From the NCBI RefSeq assembly GCF_900187275.1, contig NZ_LT906458.1:1500001-1532000 (forward strand): 32,000 bases of DNA. Reading direction: 5' to 3'. Made by a program: the position numbers and the translations under genes. This document shows, one piece after another, positions 1-9,118 of the stretch (position 1 is its first letter; each line of letters begins with the position of its first letter). The stretch comes from Pasteurella multocida (GTDB taxonomy: Bacteria; Pseudomonadota; Gammaproteobacteria; Enterobacterales; Pasteurellaceae). The notes under the pieces are model-generated. The model saw nothing but the letters and a program-made list of their open reading frames with translations, was not told the DNA's origin and ran no database searches.

Positions 1-123
1 GTGCAGGGTGATTTTTTGTTGCATATCCGCTCCTCTAACAGTGCGGTCGTTTTTCAATAAGAATAATAAAAAGGACCGAGTAAAACGTTCACTTGCGTGC
101 TCTCATGCAACGCAAATAGCAAA

Positions 124-140
124 GGTGAGCTAAGCTCACC
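124..140 (-). terminator. Possible terminator hairpin downstream of the copper chaperone gene
   Basis: Perfect inverted repeat ggtgagct-a-agctcacc; no strong U-tract. Confidence 0.4.
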
Positions 141-163
141 CTGAAACGCCATCACATCAATGG

Positions 164-376
164 TTAAATAGGTTGTACATCAAAACCTGCATTTTCCACC
201 ACATCAATTAACTGAGCAATGGACACGCGATTGGTGTCATATTGAATTGTGACACAAGCGTGCTCTAAATTCACGTCCACTTGTGTTACGCCGTCTAACC
301 CATTCAATACACGCTCTACGGTTTTGACACAACCACCACAGTGCATCCCCTCAATATTCAGTGTCACAGTTTGCAT
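164..376 (-). CDS. Heavy-metal-associated domain protein, copper chaperone (CopZ/MerP-like)
   Basis: 70 aa ORF with the HMA metal-binding motif GMHCGGC; upstream AGGAGG-type RBS on the minus strand. Confidence 0.9.
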   Translation of the reverse strand: MQTVTLNIEGMHCGGCVKTVERVLNGLDGVTQVDVNLEHACVTIQYDTNRVSIAQLIDVVENAGFDVQPI

Positions 377-460
377 GAGGTCTTCCTCCTTGTTTTTATG
401 TTAGCAAATTGAATAACAAAACGGCTTTAACAATGACCACACTGTGCTTACACAGCAATG

Positions 461-931
461 TTATTGAAAAAGTTTCATGAATTTATCACCAAAGAAAAAA
501 ATAATTAACCCAATACCAACAATCACTATCCCAATAAACTTGAACAAGTTCACTTCGCGCACTGGCATATGAATCAGACCATAATGGTCAATCACCATCG
601 CCGCAATTAATTGACCCACAATAATAAAAAACAACATATTGGTAATGCCCATTTTGGGAGAAAGTAAAATCGTGGTAAAGACGACTAATGCGCCTAACGC
701 ACCGCCAATATATTTCCACCAAGCATGTTGTGTTGCGCTAGAAAGATGACCAATTAAATCCGTTTTTAATAACGAAATCACCAGCAATAATAAGGTACCT
801 GTCCCAAAAGAAATAAAAGTAGCAACCAAAGGCTCATTGCCCATGGCTTTGGCAAGCTGTGAATTTATCGCCGCTTGAGAAGCTAAGGCAACCCCCGCTA
901 CCAGTGCAATAATAGTATAAAAAACAAACAT
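461..931 (-). CDS. DMT-superfamily small membrane transporter, YdcZ/DUF606-like
   Basis: 156 aa, about 5 TM helices, N-terminus 'ALASQAAINSQLAKAMGNEPLVATFISFGTGTLLL' typical of the DUF606 (EamA-related) family. Confidence 0.8.
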   Translation of the reverse strand: MFVFYTIIALVAGVALASQAAINSQLAKAMGNEPLVATFISFGTGTLLLLVISLLKTDLIGHLSSATQHAWWKYIGGALGALVVFTTILLSPKMGITNMLFFIIVGQLIAAMVIDHYGLIHMPVREVNLFKFIGIVIVGIGLIIFFFGDKFMKLFQ

Positions 932-1009
932 AACTCACCTAAAAAATCAAAATGTGTCTTATTGTAACGAGATTATAGGGGAGTGCAAACGTTTAATCAG
1001 TAAACAAAC

Positions 1010-1037
1010 TTGCATTCTGCTGTGAAATCCGTATGAT
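1010..1037 (+). promoter_or_regulatory. Putative sigma70 promoter for yhhQ (TTGCAT-16-TATGAT)
   Basis: TTGCAT at 1010-1015, 16 nt spacer, TATGAT at 1032-1037, upstream of the putative riboswitch. Confidence 0.55.
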
Positions 1038-1077
1038 CAGCCCCTCGCCAATGGCGAAAGACAATCAATTTTCTGTA

Positions 1078-1112
1078 TTGGGTTCCCTCACCCCAAATTT
1101 CAATTAAAAAGG
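1078..1112 (+). promoter_or_regulatory. Candidate preQ1-I riboswitch controlling yhhQ
   Basis: TTGGGTTCCCTCACCCCAAATTTCAATTAAAAAGG: P1 stem TTGGG/CCCAA, pyrimidine-rich loop with CC available to pair with the terminal AAGG (the SD), A-rich tail, ending 7 nt before the ATG at 1120. Same layout as the T. tengcongensis preQ1-I aptamer CUGGGUCGCAGUAACCCCAGUUAACAAAACAAGG, upstream of a preQ0/preQ1 transporter family gene. Confidence 0.8.
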
Positions 1113-1119
1113 TGCAACA

Positions 1120-1827
1120 ATGAAAAATACATTTTCGATCTTTAATGATCAACAAACACGTCGTGCGTTAATCCTCTTGAGCTTTTTTCATATTCTGACT
1201 ATCGCCGCCAGTAACTATTTGGTACAGATTCCCTTTGAAATCACGCTTCCACTGAGTCAGCTCGGTACACGTGAAGATTTTAGTTTTCACAGTACTTGGG
1301 GCACATTGACCTTTCCTTTTATTTTCTTAGCCACTGATTTAACTGTACGTATTTTTGGTGCAAAAGAAGCACGCTGGATTATTTTTGTGGTCATGATCCC
1401 CGCATTAGTGATAAGTTATGTGATTTCTACCCTGTTCCAAGATACACAATATCAAGGTCTAAATGCATTAGCGCATTTTAATACTTTTGTCTTCCGTATT
1501 GCGGTTGCCAGTTTCTTTGCTTATGTTTTTGGTCAACTCTTAGACGTGTTAGTCTTTAACCGTTTACGCCAATTAAAAACTTGGTGGATTGCTCCAAGTA
1601 GTTCCATGATTTTTGGTTCCATGGCAGACACATTCCTCTTCTTTGCAATCGCATTTTATGCCAGCAGTGACCCGTTTATGGCGGAGCATTGGGCGGCATT
1701 AGGCTTTGTGGATTATTTATTTAAACTGTTTGTTGGCATCATCTTATTTGTACCGGCTTACGGTGTGGTGCTCAATTTTATTTTACGTAAAATCCAAGCG
1801 CTCAATGCACAGCCACAAGTTGCTTAA
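1120..1827 (+). CDS. yhhQ: 7-cyano-7-deazaguanine/preQ0 transporter YhhQ family (COG1738)
   Basis: 235 aa multi-TM protein with 'TFPFIFLATDLTVRIFGAKEARWII' and 'FVDYLFKLFVGIILFVPAYG' typical of YhhQ. Confidence 0.93.
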   Translation: MKNTFSIFNDQQTRRALILLSFFHILTIAASNYLVQIPFEITLPLSQLGTREDFSFHSTWGTLTFPFIFLATDLTVRIFGAKEARWIIFVVMIPALVISYVISTLFQDTQYQGLNALAHFNTFVFRIAVASFFAYVFGQLLDVLVFNRLRQLKTWWIAPSSSMIFGSMADTFLFFAIAFYASSDPFMAEHWAALGFVDYLFKLFVGIILFVPAYGVVLNFILRKIQALNAQPQVA

Positions 1828-1838
1828 CTTGGAGTATA

Positions 1839-1867
1839 AAAAATGCCACAACGATTGTGGCATTTTT
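1839..1867. terminator. Bidirectional rho-independent terminator between yhhQ and cpxA
   Basis: Perfect 13-bp stem AAAAATGCCACAA-cga-TTGTGGCATTTTT between convergent genes. Confidence 0.93.
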
Positions 1868-1881
1868 CTAACACGCTAAAT

Positions 1882-3303
1882 TTAACTGGTAATCCAAAGC
1901 GGAATACATAAAGTGACACAAAGTCCCCCAAGCTGACTAGCATTTGCCCACACCGCACCGTGATGCTCTTTAACGACGTTAGCAACAATGGCTAAACCTA
2001 ATCCCGTTCCTCCGGTTTCGCGGGTTCTGGTTTCATCTACACGGTAAAACGGTTGGAAAATTTTCTCGTATTCTGCCTCATCTAAGCCGTGACCATTATC
2101 ATCAATCACAATCATCAATTCTTGACGTTTTAAGAAAATCGACACCCTGATTTCACTTTGGGTATATTTCAATGCATTTCGAACAATATTTTCGATCGCA
2201 CTGACCAAAAGTGCTTTATTACCATTCACATAGTATCGAGCAGGCTGAGTAATATTCTGTCTTACAACAAAATTCAATTTACGGTGTTTTGCCTCAAATA
2301 TTGCATCATCAAGCACCTCTTCCCATAATTCATTAATCGGAAAAATCTCACGTGAAACATGACTATGCAACTGCTGTCTTGATAACAATAAAAGATCGTT
2401 AATCATTTTATCTAAACGGCGTGCCTCAATTTCAATACGATGAATTTCGGTATTATCTTCTCCAAACCTACGGCGTAATAACCCCAAGGCTAATTGCAAA
2501 CGGGTCAGTGGTGTACGTAATTCGTGAGAAATCGAAGACAGTAACACTTGTTGGCTCGAGAGTAATTCTTCCAAAGACTCCGTCATTTGGTTAAAACTTT
2601 GCCCTACTTGACGTAATTCTAACGAGCCTTTGGTTTCAAGATCTTTATTAATTTTAAAGTCCCCTAAAGCGACTGCCTTTGCCGACATTTGCAAGTTTCG
2701 AATAGGTTTACCAATACTGCGCGCAAGCCACCACAATAACGGGGTTGACACCAAAATAATCAAACCGACTAATAAAGCGGGGTTAGCAAAGACAAAGCTC
2801 ATAATTTCCTTCTGCGCATTCACTCTATCAATAAAATAAAGTGTATAAGATTTATTGGCTTCCCCGCCTAAATGTATTGAAAAAGGACCAACGATACGAA
2901 CATCCCCAAACACTTTTTTCAAAGGTCTTGTGGGATCTGAAGAAGAAAACATAAATTGAGTTAATAAAGGGATTTCTGTCGCCGTCGCCCCTAAAATACT
3001 GCTGTCATCGACATCATCGACTAACACAGGGCGAATACCGTCAAACCGTTCTGCGTGAGAGAGAGGCACACCAGCTAAAATACGTGCAATTTGGTTATGA
3101 CGAATAGAAGTGATAATTTCTTGCTGATAAGCAGATAGCTCTTTCTCGCTTAATTCAGAATAAATGCGAGAATCAAAATAAGGGATAGAAAAAATCAGAA
3201 TGGAAAGTAGCGAAAACGTTAACCAGAAAAAAGCAAAAATTCGGAATGAAATAGTATTAAAAAAACTTTCTTTCGCAAATGGCATAGTTGCCCTCAAACA
3301 CAA
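1882..3303 (-). CDS. cpxA: Two-component sensor histidine kinase CpxA (start may be at 3285, MPFAKESF...)
   Basis: Two TM segments, HAMP, H-box 'SSISHELRTPLTRLQLALGLLRRR', N/G boxes 'VIDDNGHGLDEAEYEKIFQPFYRVDETRTRETGGTGLGLAI'; adjacent to cpxR. Confidence 0.95.
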   Translation of the reverse strand: MCLRATMPFAKESFFNTISFRIFAFFWLTFSLLSILIFSIPYFDSRIYSELSEKELSAYQQEIITSIRHNQIARILAGVPLSHAERFDGIRPVLVDDVDDSSILGATATEIPLLTQFMFSSSDPTRPLKKVFGDVRIVGPFSIHLGGEANKSYTLYFIDRVNAQKEIMSFVFANPALLVGLIILVSTPLLWWLARSIGKPIRNLQMSAKAVALGDFKINKDLETKGSLELRQVGQSFNQMTESLEELLSSQQVLLSSISHELRTPLTRLQLALGLLRRRFGEDNTEIHRIEIEARRLDKMINDLLLLSRQQLHSHVSREIFPINELWEEVLDDAIFEAKHRKLNFVVRQNITQPARYYVNGNKALLVSAIENIVRNALKYTQSEIRVSIFLKRQELMIVIDDNGHGLDEAEYEKIFQPFYRVDETRTRETGGTGLGLAIVANVVKEHHGAVWANASQLGGLCVTLCIPLWITS

Positions 3304-3339
3304 GGCTATTATGCATGATAATAGCCTTTATCATCACTG

Positions 3340-4056
3340 TTATTTTTCTGACACTAACAAATAACCTCGTCCACGTAAGGTTTTAAACCAAGGAGACCCA
3401 TCCGTACGCGGTGGAAGTTTCTTACGTAAATTTGACATATGCATATCAATAGCACGGTCAAATGGGGTTAATTGTTTACCTAAAATTTCAATACTTAACG
3501 ACTCTCTGGAAAGAATTTGACCGGGATTTAAGACCAATTTTTGTAATAGTGCAAATTCTGTTCCTGTTAATTCTAAATCTTTATCATGGTGAAATGCCTG
3601 TTGTCGACCGGGATAAAGTGTAATATCGCAAAATACAAATTCGCTACGATTTTCTTTCACTTCTGTATTTAATGTGGCTGCCGGCTGTGTACGACGTAAA
3701 ATCGCTTTAATACGCGCTACAAGCTCGCGATCATTAAACGGTTTTGGAATGTAATCATCTGCCCCAAGTTCGAGACCGAGAATACGATCAATATCATCAC
3801 CACGTGCAGTTAACATGATCACGGGTACAGAAAATTCCTGACGAATTTTCTTTAACGTCTCAACCCCATTGAGGACAGGCATCATAATATCCAACAAAAC
3901 TAAATCATAACTCAGATCTAATTTTTGTAATGCTTGTAAGCCATTATTTGCCATATCAATCTCAAAGCCTTCCAATGTTAATAACTCAGCAAGAAGCTCT
4001 ATTAATTCAACATCATCATCAACTAATAAAATCTTAGGCATACAGACTCTCCTCAC
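3340..4056 (-). CDS. cpxR: Response regulator CpxR, OmpR family (start probably at 4041, MPKILLVDDD)
   Basis: Receiver domain with 'DLVLLDIMMPVLNGVE' and winged-helix 'VDMHMSNLRKKL'-type C-terminus ('IDMHMSNLRKKLPPR... LRGRGYLL'). Confidence 0.95.
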   Translation of the reverse strand: MRRVCMPKILLVDDDVELIELLAELLTLEGFEIDMANNGLQALQKLDLSYDLVLLDIMMPVLNGVETLKKIRQEFSVPVIMLTARGDDIDRILGLELGADDYIPKPFNDRELVARIKAILRRTQPAATLNTEVKENRSEFVFCDITLYPGRQQAFHHDKDLELTGTEFALLQKLVLNPGQILSRESLSIEILGKQLTPFDRAIDMHMSNLRKKLPPRTDGSPWFKTLRGRGYLLVSEK

Positions 4057-4105
4057 ATTTGATTAAAAAGAAAACGCGATAAACAACAGCGCGACAAATT
4101 ATTTG

Positions 4106-4540
4106 CTATTGCCAAAATTTCCACCAGCTTTTTGAGGCACTCTTCTCCGCATGAATCACTGCATTGTTAATTGCAGGCTTACTTTCATCTGGTAAAGGTT
4201 TATCTAGGTCAAAACTGGTGACAATGCCGCGCTGATCAAAATTGACGACTAACGTATGTTGTTCTGGTTTTTGATAGGCTTTTTGTTGTAAGAACACATA
4301 ATACCATTTGCTTTGATCAAAAGGTTCAACTAATACCGGAGTGCCAAGTAAATATTGGACTTGCGCCGCATTCATACCAACTTGTAATTGCTTAACTGTC
4401 GCTGCTTCAAGATAGTTGCCTTGCGGGACATCAATACGATACACAAGCTTATCTACAGTTGAACAAGCGGTTACACTTAAAGCAAGAACAATGGCACTGA
4501 TCATGGATTTTAATTGCATAATTTTTACCTTTTTATACAC
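4106..4540 (-). CDS. bamE: Outer membrane protein assembly factor BamE (SmpA/OmlA); start probably at 4519
   Basis: Lipobox 'ALSVTACST' and 'VDIPQGNYLEAATVKQLQVGMNAAQVQYLLGTPVLVEPFDQSKWYYVF'. Confidence 0.93.
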   Translation of the reverse strand: MYKKVKIMQLKSMISAIVLALSVTACSTVDKLVYRIDVPQGNYLEAATVKQLQVGMNAAQVQYLLGTPVLVEPFDQSKWYYVFLQQKAYQKPEQHTLVVNFDQRGIVTSFDLDKPLPDESKPAINNAVIHAEKSASKSWWKFWQ

Positions 4541-4585
4541 TGCAAATGATTGATGATGATACAGAAACTTTGCCCGATTGCCAAA

Positions 4586-5602
4586 TCAATTCTGACCTTT
4601 CAATTGTCGTTGTAATTGATCACGCAAGTTAGGTGGCAATCCCTGAATGGTTAAGCTATCCGTCGCTTCATCCCAAAAAACGCGTTGATTGATGAGCTCC
4701 GCATCAAAGCTCAAGGTGATACCTTTCCCTGAACCCGAAAACTTGGTTAAGGTTTTTAATGCTGAACGTACAGGAGGAATATGTTCTGCTAACCCATACG
4801 CTTGTTCTGCTGCGAAGCTCGCAAACGCCTGCTCGTTTAGAGTTGGCATCGTGGCAGAAAGTTCCGTTAATGCAATTTCTTCCCCTACATTCATTTGTCC
4901 TTTACAGTATTCAAACACTTGTTTTTTCACGGCTTGTGATTGTTCTTTGCTTAAATCGGCTTGCGCACAATAATCACTGACCGCTTGCAATAAGCATTGA
5001 TTTTGGACTTGTGGATTGAGCCCTTCCTCTGCCCCTAAAAAATCCATGAAGAAATCCCCAATTTTACGCCCAACACGCCCCTTCACGAAGGTTAAATACC
5101 GATCCGATTTAGCATCTAAACTTAATTCCGTCAAATTCAGACGTGCTGCAATATCAAACTGACTGATCTCCAAATATTTGGTGCGATGAATCTCTAACTG
5201 TTCATCCACTAACATACTGGCACGACTGTCTAGTAATGCAATAAATAAATAGTCAGTAGCAAGAAAGTTATAACGACATAGCACTAAAGTACCTTCGTCG
5301 GCAAAAGGATATCGGCTTAGTTCATTAACTAAAAGTGCGGTCGCTTTTTGGCTAAAATCGAGGAATTCACTTTCGTGCTCTAAAAAACGGTTTAAATCTT
5401 GTGCAAAAAGGGAGTTTTCGTTAAACACGGCATAGGCTTTACTCTTATTTTGATAAGCTTGATGTAATTGCAACATCATTTGCTCAACTTCTGGGGTAAT
5501 CGTCAGCAAACGCTCACGCAACATCGTGTTTAATTTCATCGCATCGCCTTCAATCGATTTCGTAATTTGATGAAGGACAATCTCATTCACATTGATACTC
5601 AT
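4586..5602 (-). CDS. yejK: Nucleoid-associated protein YejK/NdpA
   Basis: 338 aa; '[28 protein letters not shown]' and '[36 protein letters not shown]' are typical of YejK; divergent from yejL. Confidence 0.93.
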   Translation of the reverse strand: MSINVNEIVLHQITKSIEGDAMKLNTMLRERLLTITPEVEQMMLQLHQAYQNKSKAYAVFNENSLFAQDLNRFLEHESEFLDFSQKATALLVNELSRYPFADEGTLVLCRYNFLATDYLFIALLDSRASMLVDEQLEIHRTKYLEISQFDIAARLNLTELSLDAKSDRYLTFVKGRVGRKIGDFFMDFLGAEEGLNPQVQNQCLLQAVSDYCAQADLSKEQSQAVKKQVFEYCKGQMNVGEEIALTELSATMPTLNEQAFASFAAEQAYGLAEHIPPVRSALKTLTKFSGSGKGITLSFDAELINQRVFWDEATDSLTIQGLPPNLRDQLQRQLKGQN

Positions 5603-5742
5603 GTTTAATCCGTTATTTTATTTAAAAAAATGTGCTCCATTATACCCCTACTTTTTTAATGATAAATAAGAAAAAATGCTGGGATATCCAAAATTATCGG
5701 TTATGATATAGCACAAATGTTCATTTCCCTATCTCAATAACC

Positions 5743-5967
5743 ATGGCAAAAAACTCAAAATATCAAGATAAACAAGTCGATGCGATCTTAAATGACATGA
5801 TCGCTGTATTAGAAAAACACCAAGCACCAGTTGACTTATCATTGGTTGTGCTCGGCAATATGGTCACCAATTTATTGGTCAGTAGCGTCGGAACCAATCA
5901 GCGTATTGCCTTGGCGAATGCCTTTTCAGAGGCGTTATTAAACTCCGTTAACAAGCAAAAATCGTAA
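5743..5967 (+). CDS. yejL: YejL family protein (DUF1414)
   Basis: 74 aa 'SKYQDKQVDAILNDMIAVLEKHQAPVDLSLVVLGNMVTNLL', next to yejK and yejM. Confidence 0.92.
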   Translation: MAKNSKYQDKQVDAILNDMIAVLEKHQAPVDLSLVVLGNMVTNLLVSSVGTNQRIALANAFSEALLNSVNKQKS

Positions 5968-5968
5968 G

Positions 5969-7708
5969 ATGTGGATAAAGACAAGCAAACAATATCGAGA
6001 AGAAACCTCACGCAAAATTTCGTGGGGGCACTGGTTTGCGTTTTTTAATATTTTATGGGCGATTATCCTTGGCGCGCGCTATGCCTTTATTATGGATTGG
6101 CCCGATACGCTCTTTGGTAAACTGTATTTTTTCATTAGCCTTCTCGGTCACTTCAGCTTTGTTGTCTTTGCACTTTATCTGCTGTTTATTTTTCCGTTGA
6201 GTTTTCTCATCAAAAATGACCGCACTTTTCGTGGCATCACCGTCATCCTCACCACAATTGGTGCCACACTCTTACTGGTCGATAGCGAAGTGTTTTCTCG
6301 CTTCAACTTGCACTTATCTACCGTTGTTTGGAATTTATTGGTCAATCCTGAGAATGGTGAGTTGTCACGGACTTGGCAAATTTTCTTTGCCCCAATGCCA
6401 CTGATTTTATTAGTACAAATGGTGTTTTCACGCTGGTCATGGCAAAAATTACGTAGCTTAGAACGTCAAAAATGGCTCAAAGGTGTGGGTGTTTTCTTTG
6501 TCTGTACTTTCATTGCAACGCATTTAATTTATGCTTGGGCAGACGCGTTTATTTACCGCCCGATTACAATGCAACGCTCTAACTTCCCACTGTCTTATCC
6601 AATGACGGCGCGTTCCTTCTTAGAAAAACATGGTTTCTTAGATAAACAAGAATATGATCAAATTATTGAGCAACAAGGGCGCCTAGATGCGTTAAAAATC
6701 AATTACCCAAAACAAAAGCTCACCTTTGCGACAAGCCAAACACCTAATATGGTACTGATTACTGTATCGGGTTTACGTCACGATGCCATTGATGAAAAAC
6801 ATATGCCGCACTTAACCGCTTTTGCTAACCAATCGACGCAATTTACGAATCATTATAGTAGTGGCAATGATAATAACACTGGCTTAACTGGACTCTTTTA
6901 TGGCTTAAGTGCACATTATGTGGACAGCTTATTAAGTAATAAAACTGCTTCGATTTTGGTGGAAAAACTCAAACAAGAACACTACGAACTGGGTTTGTTT
7001 TCCAGCACGCAATTTCACTCTAGCCTATTCCGCCAAGCGCTGTTCCCGACGCTCAGCCTTGCCACACGAAACACCAGTAACCAATTGGAAACCGCGCGCT
7101 TTAAAACTTGGTTTGCACAAATTAAAGACAAAAATACCCCCTTTGCAGCTTATTTAAGTTTAAATATCCGTCCAAACTTGGCGAAAGCGGACTATCAGTT
7201 GGAACTGGCTGAAATTGATCGGCTATTAGGGACGATTTTGCCTGAAATTGAATTAAATAAGACATTAGTGGTAATTACCGCGGAACATGGCTATCACTTC
7301 AAACCGCTAAACGCCAAAGCCTTATTGCATTACTTTGGGCGTGATGAAATTCAAGTACCAATGGTTATTCATTGGAAAGATTTACCTGCGGGAAAAGTCA
7401 GTAACCTAACCAGTCACATGGATTTACTACCCGCAGTGATGAAACATATTTTTCATGCACAAAATCCGATTTCTGACTACTCCCAAGGTCGCGATTTATT
7501 CCAACTGACACAGCCTGCTGATTGGGTGTTAGTATCGAACTATCGCTGGAATGTCATCATTACGCCTGATGGGACACAGTACCATATCGATAAGCGCGGG
7601 ACTTATCAGAAATACAATCAAGAGAATCAAAAAGAATCCTCTGATCAACCGCCACTTGGCTTGTTCTTAGAGGTCTTTAATCAAGAACGTTCATTTATTG
7701 AAAAATAA
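5969..7708 (+). CDS. yejM: Inner membrane sulfatase-fold protein YejM/PbgA/LapC
   Basis: 579 aa; five N-terminal TM segments (DUF3413) then a periplasmic sulfatase-like domain 'PNMVLITVSGLRHDAIDEKHMPHLTAFANQS...HYSSGNDNNTGLTGLFYG'. Confidence 0.93.
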   Translation: MWIKTSKQYREETSRKISWGHWFAFFNILWAIILGARYAFIMDWPDTLFGKLYFFISLLGHFSFVVFALYLLFIFPLSFLIKNDRTFRGITVILTTIGATLLLVDSEVFSRFNLHLSTVVWNLLVNPENGELSRTWQIFFAPMPLILLVQMVFSRWSWQKLRSLERQKWLKGVGVFFVCTFIATHLIYAWADAFIYRPITMQRSNFPLSYPMTARSFLEKHGFLDKQEYDQIIEQQGRLDALKINYPKQKLTFATSQTPNMVLITVSGLRHDAIDEKHMPHLTAFANQSTQFTNHYSSGNDNNTGLTGLFYGLSAHYVDSLLSNKTASILVEKLKQEHYELGLFSSTQFHSSLFRQALFPTLSLATRNTSNQLETARFKTWFAQIKDKNTPFAAYLSLNIRPNLAKADYQLELAEIDRLLGTILPEIELNKTLVVITAEHGYHFKPLNAKALLHYFGRDEIQVPMVIHWKDLPAGKVSNLTSHMDLLPAVMKHIFHAQNPISDYSQGRDLFQLTQPADWVLVSNYRWNVIITPDGTQYHIDKRGTYQKYNQENQKESSDQPPLGLFLEVFNQERSFIEK

Positions 7709-7980
7709 CGAAAAATTGCACTAAAACCAATAGCCAAAACCAATTATATTTTTTAGGTTGAAGCCTTTATACTAGCCAGCAATTTTTTAGGATAGAAACA
7801 TAATGTTATTAATTAAAAATCAGAGAATTTTTCATAACATTGTTACCCCCCTCATCAATCGTCTTAACGCATTGAGCCCATATCTGTTTTTAATGAATAA
7901 CCGATCCTCATTTATTGGGGATTTTTTTATGTCTCGCCTTCCTCACTTACCTCTCACTTTTACGTCCTCACGGAGCGATT

Positions 7981-8970
7981 ATGAAAAACCACGTTCGTAG
8001 TTTTAAAACCTATATTCGAGATGAAATCATTAAAAAAGGCGGTTGGGTCAATGCACATGCGCATGCCGATCGCGCCTTTACCATGACCCCGGAAAAAATC
8101 AGCATTTACCATACAAGTAATCTGCAACAAAAATGGGATTTAGTGGATGAAGTCAAGCGAACGTCCAGTGTAGATGACTATTATGCGCGTTTTTGCCAGT
8201 CCATTGAATTAATGATTTCGCAAGGTGTCACTGCTTTCGGCACTTTTGTAGATATCGATCCGATCTGTGAAGACCGTGCAATTATTGCGGCACACAAAGC
8301 ACGAGAAGTGTACAAACACGATATCACGTTAAAATTTGCTAACCAAACGTTAAAAGGTGTAATTGAGCCCACCGCACGAAAATGGTTCGATATTGGTTCA
8401 GAAATGGTGGATATGATTGGTGGTTTACCGTATCGCGATGAACTGGATTATGGTCGTGGCTTAGAAGCAATGGATATCTTATTGGATACCGCCAAATCGC
8501 GTGGCATTATGTGTCATGTACACGTGGATCAATTTAATACCCCAAAAGAAAAAGAAACCGAACAGCTCTGTGATAAAACCATTGAACATGGCATGCAGGG
8601 GCGTGTTGTTGCTATCCATGGTATTTCTATCGGTGCCCATTCAAAAGATTACCGCTACCGTTTATACGAAAAAATGCGCCAAGCACAAATGATGATGATT
8701 GCCTGCCCAATGGCGTGGATTGACAGTAATCGTAAAGAAGATTTAATGCCATTCCACAACGCCCTCACCCCTGCCGATGAAATGATTCCTGAAGGTATTA
8801 CTGTCGCGATTGGTACCGATAATATCTGCGATTACATGGTGCCATTATGTGAAGGGGATATGTGGCAAGAACTCAGTTTATTAGCCGCGGGTTGTCGCTT
8901 CCCTGACTTAGAGGCGATGGTGAATATTGCGAGTATCAATGGCAGGAAAGTACTTGGTTTAGAAGTATAA
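7981..8970 (+). CDS. Metal-dependent amidohydrolase, cytosine deaminase-like (COG0402 type); the ORF track start at 7915 is likely too early
   Basis: ATG at 7981 preceded by a GGAG RBS; motifs 'NAHAHADR', 'HVHVDQF', 'AIHG', 'IGTDNICD' give the four or five metal/active-site positions of the amidohydrolase superfamily. Confidence 0.85.
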   Translation: MKNHVRSFKTYIRDEIIKKGGWVNAHAHADRAFTMTPEKISIYHTSNLQQKWDLVDEVKRTSSVDDYYARFCQSIELMISQGVTAFGTFVDIDPICEDRAIIAAHKAREVYKHDITLKFANQTLKGVIEPTARKWFDIGSEMVDMIGGLPYRDELDYGRGLEAMDILLDTAKSRGIMCHVHVDQFNTPKEKETEQLCDKTIEHGMQGRVVAIHGISIGAHSKDYRYRLYEKMRQAQMMMIACPMAWIDSNRKEDLMPFHNALTPADEMIPEGITVAIGTDNICDYMVPLCEGDMWQELSLLAAGCRFPDLEAMVNIASINGRKVLGLEV

Positions 8971-8979
8971 TCCTCAACA

Positions 8980-9004
8980 AAAAGCGAACAAAAGATCCGC
9001 TTTT
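8980..9004 (+). terminator. Hairpin terminator after the amidohydrolase gene
   Basis: AAAAGCG ... CGCTTTT inverted repeat with a terminal T run, just downstream of the stop codon and before the convergent yjjG. Confidence 0.7.
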
Positions 9005-9118
9005 GACATGTCAATATTGATAAAACACACCGCACTTTTAGACTTCGCCATCAAAGCATGCTCTTGCAAAAAGTGCGGTTATTTTTTTAAAAATTTTTGG
9101 ATAACAATACACTCAACA

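Noticed and set aside
2630-2839. Plus-strand ORF inside cpxA
   Set aside because: Antisense to a well-supported conserved gene; no RBS or recognisable domain.
4689-4980. Two plus-strand ORFs antisense to yejK
   Set aside because: Shadow ORFs in alternate frames of a conserved gene; they overlap each other with no homology signal.
7803-8000. 65-aa plus-strand ORF (MLLIKNQRIFHNIV...) upstream of the amidohydrolase
   Set aside because: It overlaps the amidohydrolase start, is low-complexity and basic/hydrophobic, matches no known family I recognise, and the amidohydrolase already has its own RBS at 7981. At most a uORF; not called.
9061-9118. Possible second terminator from AAGTGCGGTT followed by a T run near 9071
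   Set aside because: A single USS with AT-rich flanks and no complementary partner; this is the standard extended USS, not a hairpin.
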